From Octopus vulgaris (lineage: Eukaryota): a stretch of 64,000 nucleotides of DNA. Shown here piece by piece: positions 54,310-64,000 of the stretch; position 1 is the first letter of the stretch; each line of letters begins with the position of its first letter. The DNA lies in the NCBI GenBank assembly GCA_951406725.2, contig OX597819.1:57040001-57104000 (forward strand). Reading direction: 5' to 3'. Position numbers and translations under genes: made by a program. Under the pieces are notes generated by a model. That model did no database searches, was not told the DNA's origin, and saw only the letters and a list, made by a program, of their open reading frames with translations.

Positions 54310-55925
54310 ATTGTTTTTTAGTATGTTTAATGTACCTATGACAACAGTTTTGGCAGTTCTAACACTTTTAGGTTTCCTGTTATTTGGCCATAGTGTTTAA
54401 AATCACCATTTGTTATTGTTCCCAATGTTACAATAATTACAGGTATAGACATTGCTTTTCGATGCCACATTTTTAGACCATTATTTCAAGGTACTTATAT
54501 TCACTTAATTTTTCAAATGTTTTTACAGAACTGTTGCAATCTGACGGGATTGGCATATCTTTGAGCAGATATGTGTTGTCAACGTAATTTTTTACCACAG
54601 TATCTTATCTATTGATCTGAAGACAACAAGCAGTTTGAATATTATTGCCTCAAAGATTGGTGATATCCTTATTTTCTACTACTTTTGCAGGCTTATGTAC
54701 CCAAACCTCCAGCTCAGATGAACGGTAAATGATCCAGTGCAAATACTAACCAAGTCTATCACGGCGATCAATATGAACACAGCGCATTAAAAATGAAGTG
54801 GTCAAATCTTTCTCTCGGTGCACCACAACAGCGGCATGCAGGATCCATACAACTTTCATCCACCTGCTTGATAGTTTCTAACAGGTAAACACTGATCTTT
54901 GTCTGCTATAATAATGCTCTCTGTTGTTGGTTTAAGTCCAGATGTAGCCAAGCAATGGTTGATCTTGTTTATATCAACCTCAGACCCACTGCCTATTGTA
55001 GAGCATTTGCCATGCAATGCCTTACTTTCCCACCCAATTCGCAGCTCTGACATTCCATTTAATTTGCCTTGTCTCATATATGTTTTGGTGTCACAGCAAG
55101 TTATATTTCCTCTATTAATACCTAAGCCTAGTTTATCTTTAATTTCCGTATATATTTATTTGCTTTTTCCGATACTGTGTACCAGGTCTAGCAATTACAT
55201 AGTTGCAGACAAGTTTACGCATCCAATCACTGGTGTGTTATTGGATGGATGTCTTATATTGGATTTTCCGGAAAGTTCGTGCCGATTTATAGTAGCATAC
55301 ATTTCGACTTATTTTAGAACCTGATTGCCTCCATAAAATAGGATTTGACTACACCTTTATAGCACAGTTTGAGCTACCTTTTCGTGGAATAAGGTTTATG
55401 TTCCTATAACCTGTGTTAATTCTGTAACCCTTTAAAATAGAAGATAAGAAATTTCATTTTCGGCACTTGATGATTTGGGAACCAGACAAAAATTGCTGCA
55501 GCTCGGCTGGGATGTGTTACCCCACCCTCCATATTCACCAGATATTGCTCCTCCGGATTTCCAGTTATTTGGGTCTCTGAAGAATAGTCTTAATGGTAAA
55601 CATTTGAATTCCTTGGATGATGTAAAAAGATACCTTGATGAACTCTTTGCCATGAAACCACCTCAATTCTGGGAAGATGGTATTTTCAAGTTAAATCAAA
55701 GATGGAGGCGCATTGTGCAACAAAATTGTTCATATTTGGTTGATTAAAAATGTAATGGCAAGTATTTATTGACCTTTTTCTTTCCTTTAAAAATCGGCAC
55801 GAACTTTCCGGACAACCCAATAGTTTCTACAGCTGCATCTGCTCACGTTCTTCAGCCTTTTGTGGGATGTATAACCTGTTGGTGTTCTCTTCGGATGGTG
55901 CACGAAGTGCATTCTGAGAAAGTTG
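54310..55925 (-). mobile_element. Older R4/Dong-like element (copy D), interrupted by a mariner
   Basis: WESKALHG...SGLKPTTESIIIADKDQCL on one side and HHPK...NRLYIPQK on the other side of the mariner. Confidence 0.7.
55259..55820 (+). mobile_element. Internally deleted mariner with TA TSD
   Basis: About 30-bp TIRs TTGGATTTTCCGGAAAGTTCGTGCCGATTT / AAATCGGCACGAACTTTCCGGACAACCCAA; ORF 55475..55747 LGWDVLPHPPYSPDIAPPDFQLF. Confidence 0.92.
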
Positions 55926-56972
55926 AGGTGGTGGGCTGGCACAATATTTAAAACGTCGGACAAAATGCTTAGCAAAATTATATCTGTTTTTACGATAAAA
56001 TTCTACTGAGCTCGACTTTGCCTTTTGAAATTTCGGTGTAGATGAAATAAGTAACAGTTGTATAAAGGTCTGTCATACAAATCTAAAATTTATAAAGAAA
56101 CTTTTCGCTATATATTTCATAAATATTTCATCAGTGTCTTCAACATCTTCATTATGAATATCACCGTCGTCATAGTCGTCGTCGTCGTTGTCGTTATCAT
56201 CAGCTATGTAATATTCGAATGAAGAACAAGAATCCCATAGCAGAATGCAATATTTGAAGAATCTCTATTCAATTATTAACTATCACCTTACAAAAGTGCC
56301 ACTGTTTCATAACATGGTCACACATCATGTCAAAGTTGAGAATATATACACATACTAAAATTCATTATATCGATGTTGAATCATATTCTATTCGTTTTCT
56401 TCATACAATATTTTATGCTAAAAGATCAGCACTCTTGTAAGGTCATACATTTTATAGAGAAGCATGCGTGTGTATATGTATGACTGTGTACGTGCGTGTG
56501 TTTGTGTGAGTTTGTGGGTAAGTTTTTGCGTGTCAGTTGGTATGTATTTGTGAGACTAAATACGTATATTTGTAGTCTCAGACTAAATTTACTATATATT
56601 CAACGCTGTCATTCTTTCCTAGGTTCATAACATACATGTGGATTGAATTCCCACGTTGGCCTATATTGTAGATGCAAATAGACAATGACAATGAAATTAG
56701 AAAAAAAAAAAGAAGAAAATATCCGAAATACTAAACATTTTCGGTGCCAATCATTTTAGATAAAGATTTATCAACGAATATTTTCTTTTGCCTATTTGAA
56801 AGGTGTAGGCACATGACTATCGATCTCCGTATCTATGAATCGGTTCATCTGCTTACCTCTTGTGACGTTATCTTTTTTCTTGACACTCTCCTTTCTCGCA
56901 CATTCTCTCTCGCCGTGTTTTTTTTACATATAAATATGTATATATTCCTATATACATCTCTCTCTCTCTCTC

Positions 56973-57046
<74 letters not shown>

Positions 57047-57354
57047 CACATGCACATATACGCACACACACACAAAAGCACATACACACAAGTGTGTGTG
57101 TGTGATTACATATACATATATATATATATAATGTTATTTTTGGCCTAGACTCTCTATCTGTGAGAATAGTAATTTCAGACAATGATGTTTCTGAATAAAA
57201 TAATGTAATATAAACACACTATTTAGCCCATTCACTTGTATTTCTATCGTATGTACAACTTATGAAATACACACATACACAACCAATCACTCACGCACAC
57301 ACCCACTCACTCACACACACTCACTCACACACAAACGCTCACACACACCCATTG

Positions 57355-57441
<87 letters not shown>

Positions 57442-57534
57442 TCATATATATACAAGTATTCAATATATACATGTATAGAATAATATTTCCTAAGTTGAAG
57501 AGCTAAGTATCATACGGAAAACGGAGCATCACTT

Positions 57535-57654
<120 letters not shown>

Positions 57655-58859
57655 CATATATATACATATACATACATATATATATATACATATACATACA
57701 TATATATATATATATACATACATATATATATATACATACATATATATATATATATATATACATACATACATACATACATACATACATACATACATACATA
57801 CATACATACATACATACATACATAGATACACACTTCAATTTCTGTGTATTGAAAATATCCATTATTTTCCATCAGCTAAAAATAGTCTTTTCTAAGATAT
57901 TTCAATTATTTTCGTTTTCACACTGCTCGTAGTCGTTTACCAAGATGTCTTAGTAGTGCCCGATAGAAGTCCTATATATGAAATAATCTCCGCTACATCA
58001 TTGATATGTTGACATAGCGTATTAGGTACAAATTCCAATATGTAACAATGCCATGTATCGTTGGCTTTATCACTAAACCACAGAACATTGTCCTTATATT
58101 AGGTTTCGTCTTATAGCACACTGTTCATGTGTTTAGGGGAGTTGAAATGATAATTATTTTCTTTCTTTTCACGTGTAGCATACTCGATCGTTATAACTGC
58201 TAGTGTAGATTGATTAGTCACATGGGGAAGGTTATAAACCAATGAAACTGTTGTCGTATTTTAAGCAATAAACGAATAAAATCTTTGAATTAGTCATCGT
58301 TAAACGAATTAACTTCTCTTAAAGCAGCATTTACTGCTCCCTATAAAACAAAAATAAAATAAAATTATAGATTGATTCTCATAATACCGTGTGACAAATA
58401 AAAATAGCTAACCTCTATGCTTTTTTCTCTCTCTTGTCATTTCTGTGTGTCTGTTGAGGTGCGTAAGTGTGAAACGTAGTGCAATCGACGAATTAGCATA
58501 CTGAACCACAGAACAGCTATAAAACACATCTCCATAAAACAAGAAACCAGGACAATCGAAAGCGACAAACAAAAGAATTAACACTCATAAAATTAACTAG
58601 AATCACACAAAGCAACATCGGAGAAATTATATACAGTACAATCATCTAAAAAGTTCGTGTGCACTCCGATGTAAGAAGTGCTATCGGTGTGGAAATAGTC
58701 TCGGGAGTATATTCTCCTTATAGAAAATATGTATGAAAATAAATTATTCAGCAATGGAGGACGTTATCGGATCGTAGAAAACATACATCGAAGAGTGTTT
58801 TATTATTCGCATGTGTAGAGGCCTAGTGACGCAGAAACGTGTGCAGCCTACAATGCGAT

Positions 58860-59290
58860 GGCATTATTAGTAACTGATGATGTGTGGTGACCAACATCGT
58901 CTCTGAAGAGAATTTTATTCTGAGACTATAATATCTGCAGAGAAAGGCCTCTCTACACGCATTTGACGAATTTGATTTGGGGAGCAGTTTTATACTCCTC
59001 AGATTTTAAATGGCGTACAGCTTCATCTGTATCCCAAGATATCCCGGAGTATGGGATGTTTCGTCATCAGAGACAAATAAGGTAAATGAGGAGGGTAGAG
59101 ATTAAAGACATGACGACAAAGAGGACACAAGTAAAGGAATAAAGAGATGATGACAGAGAAGAAAAAAGAAATTACAAAGTCCATAGCAATACATCCATAA
59201 ATCCTTAGGTGTAATCCTGCGTAGATCCATGTGGGTTAAAGTCCTGATATTGTAAACATCCAGAAAAAGACGCGAACACATCAACATTTA
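58860..59290 (-). pseudogene. Possible RTE-like APE endonuclease N-terminal remnant
   Basis: LDVYNIRTL (cf. GTWNVRTL). Confidence 0.3.
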
Positions 59291-59488
59291 ATAACGGAAT
59301 GGTAGCTGAGATGGCTGTTAAGTGGTAAAAGGAAAGACGAGAAAATAATGCGGAAAATAATCGAGGAAGGGACCAGCAGAGAAAAAGGGAATGAGAGGAA
59401 AAAACGGTGCGTGAGTTCGAGGTGTGACAATGGAACTCTTAGAGCACGGACAGTTTTATTTCGTGCGTCTACTCACTCGTATATCTAA

Positions 59489-59745
<257 letters not shown>

Positions 59746-59892
59746 TGTATATATATATATGTGTGTGTATATATATATGTGTGTGTGTATATATATATCA
59801 AATTAGATATATATATATCTTTTTGTTTCTTTCTCTATCTCTATCTGTTTATATGTATGTACTCTATCTCACTATTTATCTATCTATCTATC

Positions 59893-61385
59893 CGCCGTGG
59901 GACGCTGGACCGCCGGTCCGGTCAAGATGCTCGGGGTCTGGTTTGGTTCGAACCACCAAACGTAGAACTTGAACAGGATAACGAGTAGGATGGTCACTCG
60001 CACTCGGCAATGGGTCGAGAGGAAGCTATCTTTAAAAGATCTGTCGGAGGTGGCGAACTCGTACATCTACTACCGCCTGACCTTCGTGCCTTGTCCCGAC
60101 CATACCATCTCCAAAATGGAACGCATTCTCTTCCGCTTCTTGTGAAAATATTGCGTTCCGATGGTCAGGCGATGTGTTTGCTGCCAACACTCGTGAAAAG
60201 GTGGGCTGGGCAGGCCGTGGTTGATGATGCTCAGACACGCGCTGAGACTGCGACATCTCCGACTCTACGTAGACGACGGTGAACAGGTGTAGTCGCCGTC
60301 TGTGAGGCGCGCTTTTCTGCAGCTCGTCTCAATGACCGAACTGCAGTCGTGGATAAAAAAGAGGCCGAGATAGGGTGAATCGCACTGCGAGTGTCGCGTG
60401 CTCTCGAACAACTATGCCGTCCCGGGTCGACCTTGAGCGACTGCAACACAACCAAAGCACTCTAGAGGGGATTATTGCAGGGGAAGTGTGACGATGATCT
60501 CGGGGCGAACCTGGGCGTCGACGAGGAATACCTGACCCGCCTGCTCAAGACAACTTTCGGGCCGGGACCTATGGACAACTTCCAGAGATCTCTGGCCTGA
60601 CAGTGCTATCGAGAAGCGCTACCCGTCCAAGATAAGCTCTACAGGCATGGTTCGAGAACACTGAGCCGACCTACCCGAGATGCGGTCAGAGCGATAAAAC
60701 CGTTCTGCACGCACTCGTATAGTTTCCAACCATTTCCGACCTGTGGGCCTATGTCGAACGACTGTGGGACGAGTTAGTTTATCAACCGTGTCTATCGAGA
60801 ATATTGCTGCGCCTCCTTCATTGAAACGGGAAGGAAGAAACATTTTCATCGTACTTGTGGCTATGGCAAAAGAATGTGTATAATGGACACGTCTGAAAGG
60901 TCTAGAGACAAACACTTTCCTCTCTGGTGAATCTCTCATCTTGAAGTGGAAGGTGAAAGTTGTGAGGGAAGTTTTGTCTAGTGAATGTTTCAAAAAAGTA
61001 GGGTGAATCTAGCAAGGATGGCACGTGTGAATGACGAAACCACCTTGGACATAATCCTATAAACCAGGAAAAGAAAGGAAAAAGAGAGTCACTTACTGCA
61101 ATGTGTTTTTTGCATAACATTATCGCCCGAGGTTACAGTGGTCTTTTCCGTAGACTTTTCGTTCCACGGATAAAGCTATTCTGTTTCCCCTTTCACATTA
61201 AGACATTTCTGTGATACAACATTCCTATTGCTCGGCTTCCCTTTTTTCTTTTATTTCCTCTTTCCACGATCCCTTTTCATCGAATGTCTATCCCAACTCT
61301 TTATTTTCTTACCTTCTCCAAAAGTAAAGCACTACTTAGTATTTTGTCCCCTCTGTGTTCAGTCCTGTGTGGCCAATAAAGAAAC
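59893..61385 (+). mobile_element. 5'-truncated L1/Tx1-like LINE (ORF2 C-terminus and 3' UTR)
   Basis: [24 protein letters not shown] and a degenerate C-terminal zinc finger (TVLHAL); pyrimidine-rich UTR ending AATAAAGAAA; (TATC)n on both sides. Confidence 0.8.
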
Positions 61386-61386
61386 A

Positions 61387-61461
<75 letters not shown>

Positions 61462-61542
61462 ATATATTTACCGGAGTATACACATAAATGTGAAACAAGG
61501 TGGAAAAAAAGAGTACTCAAATACCAGGGGTAGAGTAATCTG

Positions 61543-61682
61543 CTTTATTTAAAAGCAGCAGAAAATCAAGAAAACCTGTTACTCGGAGTTTCACGTTCCC
61601 GTTCGTCAAAACTGTCCGACGAACGGGAACGGGAAGCTCCGAGTAACAGGTTTTGTTGAATTTCTGCTGCTTTTAAATAAAG
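61543..61682. repeat. Fold-back inverted repeat (65-bp arms) built from two hammerhead-like motifs
   Basis: 61543-61607 pairs with 61618-61682 with 4 mismatches; plus strand CTGT CCGACGA ACG GGAA CGG GAAG CTCCGAG TA ACAG. Confidence 0.88.
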
Positions 61683-62416
61683 TATATATATATATAAATG
61701 TGTGTGTGTGTGTGTGTATATGTATGTATGTATGTATGTATATATTGAGACAGATAAATAGACTGACAGACAGATAGTTAGATAGATCGATCGATAGATA
61801 GATAGATAAATGGATAGACAGTCAGTTAGCTAAATATAAAAGTATAAATAAATATATGTACATATACATGAATCTTTATACACACACACTCACACATACA
61901 AATACACATACACACATATATATGCGTATGTGTTTAGATAAATATGATGGTGTATGTATATGTGTGAGCATACATATTAATAAAACTACTTTCTCAACCG
62001 TAAAATTTTATCAATATATGCATTAAGTTAAACAATATTCATGTGGACGGTATAAATTTTAACACGGAAAGCATATATATAAAAAATCAAATTTCTTAAA
62101 AATTCATAATTTCTTATAGACATTTCTAATACTTTCATGTTGCAAATACAAGATCAAATATACCATAAAAATAATGGTGGAACTTAACTTAGTTTCTCTA
62201 TATACAATATAATATAACTAAATTTATGAATATATTTAAGCCACATATTGAATGATTCTAAGTCTTTGAAGTATACATTTCAATGTAGTGCTGAAACAAA
62301 GTTATGTACCGATAACGGTGGAGGTTATGTGTGAACCTATTGACGTTTACATACATACATACATACATACACACACACAGACACACACGCAGTCACACAC
62401 ACACATACACACACAT

Positions 62417-62487
<71 letters not shown>

Positions 62488-62559
62488 AATGCATATTTAT
62501 ATGTTCGTTTGTTTTTTATCGAAGTGTTTTCAAACTTAAGGTCGCTAGAAATCGACCGA

Positions 62560-63430
62560 ATTATAAATGTTACTGCCCACTTACCTCAAGATGACATTCC
62601 GAAACTAACCCTGAAGTCCTAGGAATAAATGAATACTTCCATTTACAGAATATCTGATAAGGAAACAATTTATCTTCAGAAACACCCCAAACACATCCAA
62701 CATTAAATAGAAAACTTGTCCAAGGAACCAGCAGAAGGATCTCCATAACTAACGGCAAGCAGAGAGATTTTCAATAAGGCATCACCTCACTAGAATAAGA
62801 CACTAGCGAAGAGAGGATCTACAAAAAATATAAATGGTGTGCAAACTCCAACACTTTAAAAGACGTGAGAAACTGTTGTCTCGTTTGATCCTCGAGTCAA
62901 TCTAGTTCTTTCCAATAATATAACTAGGAGCTTTCTCATCTCTGTTATAAAACACATCCAAAAACCAAACCACTAGACGCCAGAAAATCTTTACTTTTCA
63001 TATGGGCAAATTTTTTTTATATATGATTAGATAACATTGTTTTCAAAATTGCATGCTACAGTAGACGCAAACACGCATCAATACTCTCTTCACCCTACAT
63101 AGTTCCTGGTAACGTCGAAATCCTAGTAACTACATACTAGGATGATCTACACTTACAACATCTTACGAAGTACTATAGAACAAGAAACTTAAGGGGATGC
63201 ATGCAAAACATGCATATCTTTAGGTGTAAGAACAGCGAAATGTTCACCTCCTTCTCGCGCTTCATCCTTAACTTTCGGGATGAGACTGCGAAGGCATAAT
63301 CGCTTGTTTCTACAACACATAGAGGAGGTTTGATAGGCTCCCTTCTTAGCCATTTGTTGCACATATTCTACCATACTCTACCAAACTACAGAATCGTTGC
63401 CATCAGAGGTCATTAAGCTCCAAACCAGTG
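62560..63430 (+). pseudogene. Decayed L1-like RT remnant
   Basis: HRGGLIGSLLSHLL (cf. RGxRQGCPLSPLL) and an upstream RPxxLL-like segment. Confidence 0.35.
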
Positions 63431-63442
63431 AGAACTGATGTA

Positions 63443-63676
63443 GCCGGCGAGCTGACAGAAACGTTAGCACGCCGGGCGAAATATTTAGCGGTATTTCGTC
63501 TGCTGCTACGCTCTGAGTTCAAATTCCGCCGAGCCGACTTTGCCTTTCATCCTTTTGGGGTCGATTAAATAAGTACCAGTTACGCACAGGGGTCGATATA
63601 ATCGATTTAATCCGTTTGTGTGTCCGTGTTTGTCCCCTCTTTGTTTAGCATCTTGTGAGCAATAAAGAAATAAGAA
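63443..63676 (+). mobile_element. Nin/Deu tRNA SINE, monomer
   Basis: Head, B box, Nin core and AATAAAGAAATAAG tail. Confidence 0.88.
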
Positions 63677-64000
63677 TATATATTTCTGTAAAAACCACTC
63701 CATTCTGTCACGGAGTGTCTGTTGATGTTCTATGTTCACAAAAGTAATGTCGGGCTGCCTCACAGTCATCACATACATAATACTCCAAATAAGAATGCTG
63801 AGTATATGTAACTTTCATTTCTTCACACACACACATACACGCACACACACGGGCGCGCGCATGTAGATGTGCATAACATTTACAATGTACATACATTCAT
63901 AAAATGTTGTTAGCAGCAATATTTTGTCTCAGAGGAACTTCAAGGTTTTTCCGATGCATAATATTGCATCCAGATCATTCCACATTTGTATATTCATTAT

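Noticed and set aside
60010-60993. GC-rich island as a promoter or gene
   Set aside because: Explained by the L1/Tx1-like ORF2 remnant with stops and frameshifts

Overview
Repeat-dominated, AT-rich eukaryotic DNA. It is most likely from an octopus or other coleoid cephalopod, inferred from the tRNA-derived CORE-type and Nin/Deu-type SINE families, which resemble the octopus OR/OK SINEs. I recognise no intact host protein-coding gene. Nearly all ORFs in the track are microsatellite artefacts or decayed transposon fragments, so the window looks intergenic or intronic. It contains many SINEs, three mariner elements, a maT/DD37D-like element, a pogo/Tigger-like MITE, a non-autonomous Helitron, R4/Dong-like, L1/Tx1-like, CR1-like and RTE-like LINE remnants, and a Penelope-like GIY-YIG remnant. 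The most striking item is a near-identical 484-bp head-to-tail array (29453-30684, about 2.5 copies) inserted in (TA)n. Each junction carries a complete type I hammerhead ribozyme and the monomer is densely base-paired with G.U wobbles. This is a candidate retrozyme predicted to release a 484-nt, possibly circular, viroid-like RNA. It sits in a nest of Penelope-related pieces. Further hammerhead motifs occur across the window, two of them at the centre of long fold-back palindromes. The Nin-type SINE shares its 42-nt 3' tail with the L1/Tx1-like LINE here, which points to a SINE-LINE partnership. All alignments and folds were done by eye and none has been run computationally.
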